This document shows, piece by piece, positions 1 through 9,049 of a stretch of DNA of 64,000 bases (the stretch's first letter is position 1; the number at the start of each line of letters is the position of its first letter). The stretch spans positions 64,001 to 128,000 of IMG/VR virus record IMGVR_UViG_3300050156_000143; one strand, given 5' to 3'. Position numbers and translations under genes: made by a program. The notes under the pieces are model-generated. The model made no database searches, had not been told where the DNA came from, and was given only the letters and a program-made list of their open reading frames with translations. Source of the stretch: a virus (lineage: Duplodnaviria; Caudoviricetes).

Positions 1-1285
1 TGTTGGAGGTCAAAAACCCTTTGCGCTTTTTACCAACTTCTGATAAAAAAGTGCCTGCAATATTGTCTTCACCGTATTCGTCGATTGCCACCAACGCTGC
101 TTCCCCCAAGGTGTTATTCTCGACAGAATAGTAAATTTTATCTTCTTGTAGAGTGTAGTCAAAAATGTATTCACAAATGTCCGCCACAAGGGCGATTTGA
201 TCTTGAATCGGTGTTTTGTTGTGTTTCCATTCTGCGATTTGGGTGGTGGTATCGGCCTCAAACACTTGGATCGCAGCATTATCCCCCCCTGTCCCCAAGC
301 TGGGATCGAGTGCCACAACATAGTGCTTGCCGCGCTGGGGTTTTTTGTACCACCTAACCTGTCCCTGTTTCTCTATTGGCTCAATTCCATGAATACTGGC
401 AATTTTGAGAGAATTGATTAGTGTCTCATCTGCGGACACGAATTCACAATTCATTTCTCGCTCAAATCGGCCATCCCCGAGTTCTGCCCTGAATTGTTTT
501 TCCCATGCTGCATCACGTTCTGGATGTTTGTCCCAAGTTACCTTGAACGGTTTATACCCGTTTGATCCAAGTTCAGTTTTATTGCCATATTCATCGGTGT
601 TGTCCAGAGATTTGAACCAAATGTCCGCAAATTTGTCTTCATCGGTGTTTGGCGTTGAGGTGATAATGGCCTTGCCACCAGTTGACAACGTTGGGGTAAT
701 CGATGTCATGAACGCTTCAGCGATTGACGTTCTTACATATGCCAATTCGTCGCAATACAACACTGATATAGACATCCCCCGCCCGGTTTCTTTGGTGGTT
801 GTGGACGCTACAATTCTCGATCCGTTGTCAAACACAATACTGCCTTCATTGTATTTGACCACACCTGCTTTAAGATGCCAGGGGCATTGTTCATACGCAA
901 ACTTCACACGCACCATGATTTCCAAGGCACCCGCGTATTTGTGTGCTGCAATCAAAATGGTGGAATCCGGTACAAACATTGCATACCACAATAGATACCC
1001 AGCAGCAGTGGTAGTTTTACCACCTTGGCGAGTTATCATGTTGATACTGCGCTTGTAATTGTGGTAGTTATAGGCTAACTCACGCTGGTATTCAAACGCT
1101 TCATACAATGCCACGCCACGTGATGGGTGCTGTATGTAAAAGAAATTGTCTAGAAAATACTGATAACCAGTGTCTGGATCACAGCATTTCAGGAATTCTT
1201 CAAATTCTTTGTCACTCTTAAATTCGGTTTTTTGGTGAGCTGGTTTAACATAAATCGGCTCACCCGTTGATTTTCTTTTTGCCAC
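1..1285 (-). CDS. terL: Terminase large subunit (T4 gp17-like), 3' end runs off the window
   Basis: Manual translation from GTG at 1285 (GAGGTG SD, TAAATA upstream): Q motif FEYQRE, Walker A ITRQGGKTT, FDNGSRI, GRGMSISVLYCDE Walker B, coupling ITSTPN, nuclease VVALDPSLGTGGD and VENN. Absent from the ORF track because truncated. Confidence 0.95.
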   Translation of the reverse strand, partial: MAKRKSTGEPIYVKPAHQKTEFKSDKEFEEFLKCCDPDTGYQYFLDNFFYIQHPSRGVALYEAFEYQRELAYNYHNYKRSINMITRQGGKTTTAAGYLLWYAMFVPDSTILIAAHKYAGALEIMVRVKFAYEQCPWHLKAGVVKYNEGSIVFDNGSRIVASTTTKETGRGMSISVLYCDELAYVRTSIAEAFMTSITPTLSTGGKAIITSTPNTDEDKFADIWFKSLDNTDEYGNKTELGSNGYKPFKVTWDKHPERDAAWEKQFRAELGDGRFEREMNCEFVSADETLINSLKIASIHGIEPIEKQGQVRWYKKPQRGKHYVVALDPSLGTGGDNAAIQVFEADTTTQIAEWKHNKTPIQDQIALVADICEYIFDYTLQEDKIYYSVENNTLGEAALVAIDEYGEDNIAGTFLSEVGKKRKGFLTSN

Positions 1286-1305
1286 ACAAAAACACCTCTT
1301 ATGGG

Positions 1306-1311
1306 TATTTA
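1306..1311 (-). promoter_or_regulatory. Late promoter TAAATA upstream of terL
   Basis: Same hexamer as upstream of other structural genes; T4 late consensus is TATAAATA; gp55-like sigma encoded in window. Confidence 0.7.
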
Positions 1312-1318
1312 ATTGGCG

Positions 1319-1582
1319 TCACTCATAGGGCGATTCACCCGTCAAATGCGGTTGAGCAAACCATAGCTTAAACCAAGCTGGCGTCCCTGGTTTAATATTG
1401 TGTTTACGCTGATACTCAGCTTTATCATTTTGTTGGACAGCATAAGTAGTCACTTTGTTAGTGCCAGCTAGCCGTTTCAAGTCATCGAGTGAAGTGTCTT
1501 TTTCAGGTAGTTCTACAGGTTTGAGTGTGTTTGCTGCAAATCGCTTCATGATTTCAGCCTGTTTCCAAGGATCAAAGCTCAT
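1319..1582 (-). CDS. Hypothetical protein (87 aa)
   Basis: ORF track; overlaps stop of upstream gene by 4 nt; LDDLKRLAG and IKPGTPAWFKLWF motifs. Confidence 0.75.
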   Translation of the reverse strand: MSFDPWKQAEIMKRFAANTLKPVELPEKDTSLDDLKRLAGTNKVTTYAVQQNDKAEYQRKHNIKPGTPAWFKLWFAQPHLTGESPYE

Positions 1583-2502
1583 AGTTTTGGCACAATGCTT
1601 CTCACATTGGTTCCACGAGGTTCTTCACTTTTTGCGGTACTGATTAGTTTTTTACCGGATAGCCCAATTTGTTTTAACGCGGCATCAATATCTGGCCCCA
1701 CATCGTACCCATAACTCACCACGATCATATTTTCTCCCCACGGCGTCGATGGCTCAGTTTTGAAATCACTCTCTGAGTCACGATGGGCGTTTGATTTTGA
1801 TGCAGCCATTGCGATCATGAAACGATACTGACGATAAGGGTCTTGATTTTGTAACTCCGGTATTGTGTAAGTTGCTGGTAATGCGCTGGCAACCGCTTGT
1901 TGCAATGACTCCTTCAAAAAATCGTTGGAATCAGATACTTCAGATAGTCCAGCAAATTTCACCTGTTTGGGGGAGAAAACGATGTAACTGTCGCCAACAC
2001 CTTCATGTTCATTTTTGTATACCACGCCGTCATAACCCGCGTCAATGATAGCTTTGCGCAACAGGGAGTCATATTTGCGTGTCAATTTCCAATCGGTTTT
2101 GCCCTCTTTGGTGATTCGTTTCCCCTCACCCTCGGGGATAATTCCCTTGCGTTCCAATTGGAGTGCTATACCTTGCGCGTGAAATGTCCCCGTATCGTTG
2201 AGTCGTAACGGGTTGGTCAAATTGATAAAACACGGGATTATTTTGGCCCCAGCGTGCCTGGCCATAGCAATACGGTTGGCTTGGGTGAGGGTACTAGCAA
2301 AATGTGCTCCAAGGTCTGAACGATCGGTATCAAACTCGCTAAACTGTGCGGTAGTGGCATGGTAAACCACACGTTTTACTTTACCGTTTCCGAACCATGC
2401 TTTAAATGATGGGGTCAAAGGTAGGCGAAATTTCATACCCGATATTTCGGCAGCATCAAATGCAACTTGTTCGGATTCTGGCAAAAACTCGTGTGATCTC
2501 AT
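1579..2502 (-). CDS. Putative head-packaged protein with ADP-ribosyltransferase-like (ART-PolyVal-like) domain
   Basis: Start re-assigned to ATG 2502 (MRSHEFLPE), 5 nt after TAAATA; VYHAT, GAHFAST, GYDGVVYKN and SYIVFSPKQVK motifs; unrelated C-terminal domain of about 110 aa. Confidence 0.7.
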   Translation of the reverse strand: MRSHEFLPESEQVAFDAAEISGMKFRLPLTPSFKAWFGNGKVKRVVYHATTAQFSEFDTDRSDLGAHFASTLTQANRIAMARHAGAKIIPCFINLTNPLRLNDTGTFHAQGIALQLERKGIIPEGEGKRITKEGKTDWKLTRKYDSLLRKAIIDAGYDGVVYKNEHEGVGDSYIVFSPKQVKFAGLSEVSDSNDFLKESLQQAVASALPATYTIPELQNQDPYRQYRFMIAMAASKSNAHRDSESDFKTEPSTPWGENMIVVSYGYDVGPDIDAALKQIGLSGKKLISTAKSEEPRGTNVRSIVPKL

Positions 2503-2507
2503 GGAGA

Positions 2508-2513
2508 TATTTA
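2508..2513 (-). promoter_or_regulatory. Late promoter TAAATA, 5 nt before ATG
   Basis: Overlaps the stop codon of the 2511..3128 gene. Confidence 0.7.
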
Positions 2514-3128
2514 ATCTACATTTCTCAAACATAGAAATTCACGAGCAAATGCCTTTTCCCCGAGAAAGTGCATCAACGCAAACAACTTGTCTGGCGTAAT
2601 AGGTTTATGTTGAATAGCATCGATCGTCAATGTTGGTGGCAATGTGTTTACAAAATCTGATTTACACGGAGCTGACCCGACTATCGCCACATTTCCTTGA
2701 CTGCGCAGTATATTATATTGATGCTCAGTTATTTTCACTGAATCGAGTATAGTCAATGTTAAGTTGCCGCCAGCGCCACTCAATCCGCTCATACCGTAGT
2801 TATAATAAATCTGCGACCCATTGCCCAAATGCGTCACGCCAGTGGTCATTCTGATAATGGAGAATGGTTCTAGAAATCCCTGGAACTCCCGAGTATATTG
2901 GCCGCCGCCATGTTTGCTATCGCGAATTGCCACCCGAGTGTGCGGATTCTCACTTGCAAACTTTGCCGCAACGTATGCCACAGCGGTAGTTGCACCCATC
3001 ATACGATAGCAATCAACAACTGGATTTTCAACATTGAGGAGATGGTCTATTAGAAGTTGTTGTTCATGGCGTGGCACAAAGTTGATTGGCCCGGTGCGGG
3101 TCATGATGGTTGGATTTTGGCAAAGCAT
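2511..3128 (-). CDS. Degenerate terminase-ATPase-like protein (no nuclease domain)
   Basis: Collinear with TerL ATPase motifs: PRHEQQLL/FEYQREL, RMMGATT/RQGGKTT, LGNGSQI/FDNGSRI, ILDSV/YCDEL, IVGSAP/IITSTP, LGEKAFAREFLC/LGDGRFEREMNC. Confidence 0.7.
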   Translation of the reverse strand: MLCQNPTIMTRTGPINFVPRHEQQLLIDHLLNVENPVVDCYRMMGATTAVAYVAAKFASENPHTRVAIRDSKHGGGQYTREFQGFLEPFSIIRMTTGVTHLGNGSQIYYNYGMSGLSGAGGNLTLTILDSVKITEHQYNILRSQGNVAIVGSAPCKSDFVNTLPPTLTIDAIQHKPITPDKLFALMHFLGEKAFAREFLCLRNVD

Positions 3129-3134
3129 GGTCGC

Positions 3135-3150
3135 ATTTTACTGCTATAAT
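3135..3150. promoter_or_regulatory. Back-to-back sigma70-type -10 elements (TGcTATAAT on +, TAAAAT on -)
   Basis: 29-bp divergent intergenic gap; -10 boxes lie 7 and 6 nt before the two ATGs; no SD. Confidence 0.55.
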
Positions 3151-3157
3151 TGCCCGT

Positions 3158-3577
3158 ATGAAAAAACATATCCTCACATTTGCTCTCACGATGCTAGCCA
3201 CGTTGAGTCACGCTAACCCGTATTCTTGGCCTGTTGTGAAAGTTATCGATGGCGACACCGTTCAACTCAAAGTAACCTTGTTACCTGAACTTGGGGATCA
3301 CTTGAGTTTACGAATATATGGAATTGACACGCCGGAAAAGGGGTTTCGCGCAAAATGTGACAAAGAAGCTGCGCTAGGAAAACGTGCTACGGAATACACC
3401 ACCAATGCGGTTGCACGTGCCAACAAACGTGAAATCATCGTGAGGGAATGGGACAAATACGGCGGGAGAATTTTGGGAGATTTGGTACTGGACGGGAAAC
3501 AGTTAAGAGACATGATTATTGCCGCTGGACTAGCCCGTGAATACTACGGTGAAAAGAAAAGTGACTGGTGCAAATGA
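3158..3577 (+). CDS. Thermonuclease (SNase-like) with signal peptide
   Basis: VIDGDT, LRIYGIDTPE, DKYGGRILG, GLAREY motifs; N-terminal MKKHILTFALTMLATLSHA. Confidence 0.9.
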   Translation: MKKHILTFALTMLATLSHANPYSWPVVKVIDGDTVQLKVTLLPELGDHLSLRIYGIDTPEKGFRAKCDKEAALGKRATEYTTNAVARANKREIIVREWDKYGGRILGDLVLDGKQLRDMIIAAGLAREYYGEKKSDWCK

Positions 3578-3602
3578 AAAAAGCGGCCTAGGCCGCTTTT
3601 TT
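3577..3602. terminator. Bidirectional intrinsic terminator (perfect 26-bp palindrome)
   Basis: AAAAAAGCGGCCTAGGCCGCTTTTTT between convergent nuclease and thyA. Confidence 0.85.
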
Positions 3603-3604
3603 GT

Positions 3605-4414
3605 TCAAACTGCTATTGGAAACTGTATCTTCGGGTGATACACATAGTTTTCTAACTTGAAATCATCCCATGTAATTTCAAGGTTAGTCAGTTGCTCAAT
3701 GGAAGTCAAATTGTCTGGGACAATGAGTTTGGGCAACGGTAGGGGATCACGGATGAGCCATTCCTTCACGCCATCGAGTTGGTTATGGTAGATGTGAACA
3801 TCGCCACCACTGTAAATCAAATCACCGACATCATATCCACAAATCTTAGCCAAGATGTGAGTCAACGCTGCATAACACACCATGTTAAATGGATGCCCCA
3901 GAGGAACGTCATTACTGCGCATAACCAGTTTACAACTGAGTTTCCCATCGGCCACATAAAATTGAATAAATGAGTGACAAGGTGGCAACTCCATATCACC
4001 CAAATCGGCCACGTTCCAGTAATTGATGATGTGACGCCTTGAGCTTGGATTGTTCTTTAACCCGTCGATCAGATTCGCAATTTGGTCAGTAGTTGTTCCG
4101 TCATAGTTTTTCCAGTACCGCAATTGAACTGGGTAACCTCTACCAATGGTGCCATCTTGGCGAGTCCATTGTCTCCAAATCTTGACGCCATTGTCTTCAA
4201 GAAATTGGGTACTAGAATCTCCCCTAAGATACCAAAATAGTTCAATCAACGCGGTTTTGAACGGGGTGAATTTGGTGGTGCAAATTGGGAAACCATCTTG
4301 CAAGTTCACTCGGTACTCATACCCGAATACCGATTTTGTACCGTTGCCTGTTCTATCACCACGGTCAACTCCATGTGCAAGAACGTGTTTGACCATTTGT
4401 TTTACTTGCTGCAT
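3605..4414 (-). CDS. thyA: Thymidylate synthase
   Basis: DRTGNGT, LPPCH catalytic Cys, RSNDVPLGHPFN, DVHIYHNQ. Confidence 0.97.
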   Translation of the reverse strand: MQQVKQMVKHVLAHGVDRGDRTGNGTKSVFGYEYRVNLQDGFPICTTKFTPFKTALIELFWYLRGDSSTQFLEDNGVKIWRQWTRQDGTIGRGYPVQLRYWKNYDGTTTDQIANLIDGLKNNPSSRRHIINYWNVADLGDMELPPCHSFIQFYVADGKLSCKLVMRSNDVPLGHPFNMVCYAALTHILAKICGYDVGDLIYSGGDVHIYHNQLDGVKEWLIRDPLPLPKLIVPDNLTSIEQLTNLEITWDDFKLENYVYHPKIQFPIAV

Positions 4415-4845
4415 CGTTCGAGAACCTCGTATATGTGATCTTGATTGAATTGCGACTCTTTTACGACAAAATTTTCACGAATGTAGTCGATGTCAATAAA
4501 AGTGTCACACGGAAATGAGATGTGGGTCGTGGATAAAAATATGGTAGAAACTTGTGGTAACAGTGTTTTCACCAAAGTAGCGCCACCGATGATAATGGCA
4601 GTATTGGGAATCTGGTCAACTGATATTGTTTTTACCCCACTAATCGGGGTTGAAGACACTACTAGATTCATCCGGTCTTTTAGTGGCTTGCTTGGCAATG
4701 ATTCCCACGTTTTTCTACCCATTACCACAGTGTTACCTAGCGTGAGTCGTCTAAATCGTGGCAAATCACCGACCAGATGTGTCCACGGCAATTGACCATG
4801 CAGTCCAATGCCCCCTTCGGGGGTAACTGCCAATATGAGTTTCAT
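4402..4845 (-). CDS. folA: Dihydrofolate reductase
   Basis: GIGLHGQLPW, VVMGRKTWESL, IIGGA, CDTF; adjacent to thyA as in T4 frd-td. Confidence 0.95.
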   Translation of the reverse strand: MKLILAVTPEGGIGLHGQLPWTHLVGDLPRFRRLTLGNTVVMGRKTWESLPSKPLKDRMNLVVSSTPISGVKTISVDQIPNTAIIIGGATLVKTLLPQVSTIFLSTTHISFPCDTFIDIDYIRENFVVKESQFNQDHIYEVLERCSK

Positions 4846-5138
4846 CGTTTTCCAAGCAATTTGTCTGTGGCGGGGCCAGCCACCGAGGCAATATATTCCA
4901 GGTTAAAATGGGGCTGAATTGATTTCAATTCCCCGAGCGACACAATTAAATCCGCAATCACTTCTTGAAGTTCATCGGCATCCAAACCTCGGTTCAACAG
5001 TCTTTCCACGTTGATCGTCTTTTGGCCACCGTCCACCTTCTTGACCACTAGCTTTTTAATATACTGAATGGGAACGTGACTCGTGTCGATCCCATCTACC
5101 ACCTTGGCCCAATGCAGTAAATCACCCGGCGACAGCAT
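4842..5138 (-). CDS. Hypothetical protein
   Basis: ORF track; overlaps neighbours in the operon. Confidence 0.7.
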   Translation of the reverse strand: MLSPGDLLHWAKVVDGIDTSHVPIQYIKKLVVKKVDGGQKTINVERLLNRGLDADELQEVIADLIVSLGELKSIQPHFNLEYIASVAGPATDKLLGKR

Positions 5139-5787
5139 TTGATTTTCGACGGGTGGTCTTTTTGGGCACTTCTACTACGGAGTCTTGAGCTGGCTCAAAC
5201 TGTTCTCGCATACGTTTTGCTTCAGTGAGTAACATATTGGCCTCAGCTTCCATGCGATCAGCTTGTTCCAAAGTCATCCTGGCGAGATCAGCGTCACTCA
5301 ATGCTGGGGTCACGTCTAGGGGCAACTGTACGGGGTCTGCGATCTCCTGCATACGTTTACGAACATCGGCTGGATGCTGGAGACCAAGCTGCTCAGATGC
5401 TGCTTGCATTTTTTTCGCAGCTTCACCACCACGTTCAATATCGTCTAGCATGCGATTCAGCTCGTCTAGACGCATGTGAGCACCTTGGACTGGGGTAACT
5501 AATACCTCGGAAGCCTTAACCTTTTTGATGAAACATTCTTTGTGCAACAGGACTAAAATAGGTGTCCCAGAATTTGCTTCCAACGTGCGAAACAGTGCAT
5601 CATCAAGGGAGTCACTAAATTGCCCGACATCTGATTCCACCACCTTAGAAATTTGATCCTGCAAATGCCTCTGTAGGTATTGCGGATAAATCACCATGCA
5701 CAAGTGTTCTTCACCTGGGATTTTGCGACGAATAATCGCAACTTGCTTGTCATTATGTTTGCCAATATGCCGAATAAATTTTGCCAT
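5122..5787 (-). CDS. Hypothetical protein (221 aa, helical C-terminus)
   Basis: ORF track; AAGGA-like SD upstream. Confidence 0.8.
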   Translation of the reverse strand: MAKFIRHIGKHNDKQVAIIRRKIPGEEHLCMVIYPQYLQRHLQDQISKVVESDVGQFSDSLDDALFRTLEANSGTPILVLLHKECFIKKVKASEVLVTPVQGAHMRLDELNRMLDDIERGGEAAKKMQAASEQLGLQHPADVRKRMQEIADPVQLPLDVTPALSDADLARMTLEQADRMEAEANMLLTEAKRMREQFEPAQDSVVEVPKKTTRRKSNAVAG

Positions 5788-5847
5788 AGTTTTCAGAGTC
5801 CTTATTCGTGTAGTTATGCTGAAAATATGGTCACAAAATTTTTATGC

Positions 5848-5872
5848 AAAATGGGGCAATTATGCCCCATTT
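5848..5872 (-). terminator. Intrinsic terminator after VWA gene
   Basis: ATGGGGCA-atta-TGCCCCAT stem flanked by A/T runs. Confidence 0.65.
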
Positions 5873-5887
5873 GTTCACCGCACCGTG

Positions 5888-7168
5888 TTACGCATGGTCG
5901 TCGTAGTATGCGTAGGTTCCAAACGGTGGCTTTATGGATGTAGTCCCGTACCCGATCCACGTTGTGGGGCAGTATTCTGGATCACCCCATTCACCGCCAG
6001 GACACATATCGGTCAACACAATCAGATGTTTTGGAATCTGATCGGTTTCCTTCAAGTAATCCCAAATCGCCATGAAATCTGTTCCACCACCCCCACCCAA
6101 AACATAGTCGTCAATGTTGTCTGCACCGTATGACGTGTATTCCTTGACATTATGAACAGACGTGTCAAAACAATACACATGCAACTTGAAGCCATCGAAC
6201 AACTCAGTGATGCCCTTGACTTCTCCGAGCACATCACGGGCAATAGATTCTGACCACATTGATCCAGACGTGTCAATCGCAATGTGAACGTCGATTTCTT
6301 CAGATGGGGCCAATCCCGGCAAAATCGCATCCAGATGCTGAGTAGATCGATTCAGTGCAAGATACGAATATTCTGCCCCCGCAAGTGACGACATCACGGA
6401 TGGGATCAGTTCTTTCCAGGGCATCACTGGATCAGACAGTGAATCCACGTATTCATTCACTGCGCCAGGAATTCGGGTGTTTTGTTCACCTTCGGCTTTA
6501 GCAGAAGCAGCAGCTTGAATGATTTTTTGTTGAATGCCACGTCGCATTTCACTGCGGTGCTCACTCGACAATGAACCCTGCGAAAAATCAGATGGGATCG
6601 ACATGATATAAGTCGGTGGCTGATAATTTGGATTCTCTGCCATCAACCGATCATACACTTCCTCAGTTGGTTGATTGTCGTAATGGTGATCAACCGGGGC
6701 CAACTTTGGTGCAGTGCCGATGTTCTGATTTTGCAACTCATTGCAGATCACAATGTTACTTGCATTGTTCCACATATACGTGTCACGCCCGTTGATGCGA
6801 TCTTCGGAAGTATGTTCGAGCACAGTGGAAATAACGAGCGCCCCCAAAGTGAACATCACTTCTTGAGTAGTTAAAGTGTTGAGCCACTTGCTGTTGTAAT
6901 ACACCCGTGGATAATCACAACCAATTGTCTCGATCCACGTATCACCGTTGACAAACACAAAATCGAGAGCCATCGTCCCATAAAACGACATCCCACGAAA
7001 TAGCAGCCCAATTCTGGCATCGGTCAACTTCTCAATTGCTTTGGCGTCTTCTTCCTGATTCATTGCACCGAGACGGGATGCTTCTGATAGTGTTTCTTGT
7101 TGTTTCAGAAATACTGGGTCATCAATCTCGATGAACACCCCGTTTCCCAGGTCAATTCGTTTTTTCAT
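5888..7168 (-). CDS. VWA-domain protein with metallopeptidase-like N-terminal domain (DUF2201-like)
   Basis: MIDAS IAIDTSGSM, GGGGTDF, VLTDM; start re-assigned to ATG 7168 (GGAG SD). Confidence 0.85.
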   Translation of the reverse strand: MKKRIDLGNGVFIEIDDPVFLKQQETLSEASRLGAMNQEEDAKAIEKLTDARIGLLFRGMSFYGTMALDFVFVNGDTWIETIGCDYPRVYYNSKWLNTLTTQEVMFTLGALVISTVLEHTSEDRINGRDTYMWNNASNIVICNELQNQNIGTAPKLAPVDHHYDNQPTEEVYDRLMAENPNYQPPTYIMSIPSDFSQGSLSSEHRSEMRRGIQQKIIQAAASAKAEGEQNTRIPGAVNEYVDSLSDPVMPWKELIPSVMSSLAGAEYSYLALNRSTQHLDAILPGLAPSEEIDVHIAIDTSGSMWSESIARDVLGEVKGITELFDGFKLHVYCFDTSVHNVKEYTSYGADNIDDYVLGGGGGTDFMAIWDYLKETDQIPKHLIVLTDMCPGGEWGDPEYCPTTWIGYGTTSIKPPFGTYAYYDDHA

Positions 7169-7185
7169 ACGTTCTCCAAAATGGC

Positions 7186-7213
7186 CAAAATAGGGGCACA
7201 ATCGTGCCCCTAT
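7186..7213 (-). terminator. Intrinsic terminator between AAA+ and VWA genes
   Basis: 10-bp stem ATAGGGGCAC/GTGCCCCTAT followed by TTT on the minus strand. Confidence 0.6.
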
Positions 7214-7221
7214 GAGTTGTG

Positions 7222-8364
7222 TTACTTGGTCTCAGCGCCCATGCTGCGGGCGATCATCTTACCCCAGCGTGATGTGAACTTGGTGAAACCGGGGATCAAC
7301 TTGGGGTTCAAGTTACTCTTGAATCGCTTCAGCACCATTCGCCCAGCCACCACCGCGATCTCCGCCTTGGTGTCGTAATTATTCACGATGAACTCAAAGA
7401 ATTTGTCCGCAGCAGCGTAAAACGCCTTGTTCTCGCCCTTTTCGTGAATTGTGGACAACGCTTGCACCAAAGACACCACAAACCCATATCGCACCGATGT
7501 TTCGTCTGGAGTATCGGGCGCGAAAGTCGTGATGGTGCCGTCCAACACCTTTTCCGGTTCAGGCAAACCAAACGACTGCTTGTAATGTGCCATAAACTTC
7601 GCGCTCCAACCGTCGCCACACAATCCTGCCACCAGATTTCCCAATACTTTCTCGGATGGGGCGGATTTCACACCATAACCGTTAGTTGTTTCCAACATCA
7701 GCATCTTCGACACTCGTTCCACGGTGCGAGGAGTTGGGAATGCAAGGCCAACTTTGGACACGTCAGGTGTATTCAAATCGGCTTTGAATGCGGTAATGAA
7801 GCCGATGACGGACGGATGGAAGCCATTGTCCATCGCGTGATCGATCCACAGATTCGCATCAACCCGCATGTGCAAGTGCAGGAAACGGTTAGCCAAAGGT
7901 GACAACACCTTGAAACTACCACCGTTATCCGTTTGTCGGTTGCCTGCTGCGATAATCACCACATTGTCCGCCAGCTCAAATTCACCCAAGCGACGTTCAT
8001 TGATGAGCTGATAGCATGCTTGCTGTACCATCGTATTTGCGTTTGACAACTCGTCGAGGAACAAAATCACCAGCTTATATAAGGAGCAAAACTCCTTAGT
8101 CGGAATGATGTCGCTACGGCACCACTCCATCGTGTTGGTAAATTTGTTGAAAAACGGGATGCCACGTACTTCAGCGGGTTGGCGACTGCCCAGACGAATG
8201 TCGATCAACGCTGCATCATGACGCGCCGCAACTTGAGCCACAACTTGGCTCTTACCAATGCCAGGGCCACCCCAAATCCACACGGGTTGGCGAGCGGTCA
8301 TCGCCCATTCAAGGGTGTCGGTCAGTTCGATCGCGTTCAGTTCAAGAGTTGTTGCGGTTGCCAT
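7222..8364 (-). CDS. MoxR-like AAA+ ATPase
   Basis: Walker A GGPGIGKS, Walker B ILFLDE, AAGNR, LANRF, PTPRT; next to VWA gene. Confidence 0.9.
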   Translation of the reverse strand: MATATTLELNAIELTDTLEWAMTARQPVWIWGGPGIGKSQVVAQVAARHDAALIDIRLGSRQPAEVRGIPFFNKFTNTMEWCRSDIIPTKEFCSLYKLVILFLDELSNANTMVQQACYQLINERRLGEFELADNVVIIAAGNRQTDNGGSFKVLSPLANRFLHLHMRVDANLWIDHAMDNGFHPSVIGFITAFKADLNTPDVSKVGLAFPTPRTVERVSKMLMLETTNGYGVKSAPSEKVLGNLVAGLCGDGWSAKFMAHYKQSFGLPEPEKVLDGTITTFAPDTPDETSVRYGFVVSLVQALSTIHEKGENKAFYAAADKFFEFIVNNYDTKAEIAVVAGRMVLKRFKSNLNPKLIPGFTKFTSRWGKMIARSMGAETK

Positions 8365-8488
8365 ATGTGTAAGTTCCTTTCGATTTGCCTCAAGCGGCGG
8401 GGTTAAAAATTTGTGTCGATGGGGTCAACTGTACTTCATCGTGTTGGAACACGGTGGGAGTCATTTGCATGAATTTTGCAGTTACTGG

Positions 8489-9049
8489 TTATTCATAATA
8501 TTTCCCATAAATGGCCAATAATGCCTCGGTGTTTCGGAAGTCATCGATTTTGGAAACAAAATGCACGAAATTATCAAGTGCAGATCGTGACTTAAACCGC
8601 GACCAAACAATGGTTCCAACGGGTTGAGTACATAGCCAGTCGATGCCCATTTTATCCAAAACCGTGACATGACTGGTTTTTTGACGATGCGCCACAATGG
8701 ACGCAATCATGTAACCGGAAGCCATCGGCAATGCGTTGTGTCCATTGGCCACCATGACGATCTGTTCACCATGCTTCCCCATTATATCAAGAGATGGTTC
8801 ATAAATCCATTCGATCGGGGTTGGGCCGGTATCCAAAATTTTATACGCATGCGTGCCCACATATTGATAAAAACGGTAGAACTCATTTTGGTGAGCAATG
8901 TGCTCGTTGAATTCGATGGTGATTTTGTCGTCACTGATACTGTACTCAGCGTTGGGGCAATTCTGCAAGAGCCAAATCAGTGAATTCTCCTTATCGTCCA
9001 CAAAGTCTGCCGACGCAGAAAAGCCGTTGAATGCGATGTTACGAAACAT
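8489..9049 (-). CDS. Hypothetical protein
   Basis: ORF track; coupled to upstream stop. Confidence 0.7.
   Translation of the reverse strand: MFRNIAFNGFSASADFVDDKENSLIWLLQNCPNAEYSISDDKITIEFNEHIAHQNEFYRFYQYVGTHAYKILDTGPTPIEWIYEPSLDIMGKHGEQIVMVANGHNALPMASGYMIASIVAHRQKTSHVTVLDKMGIDWLCTQPVGTIVWSRFKSRSALDNFVHFVSKIDDFRNTEALLAIYGKYYE

Noticed and set aside
405-1058. 217-aa plus-strand ORF
   Set aside because: Antisense shadow of terL, which is the real gene on the minus strand but is missing from the track because it is truncated.
1319-1582. 87-aa gene as terminase small subunit
   Set aside because: Adjacent to terL but no gp16-like features recognised; left as hypothetical.
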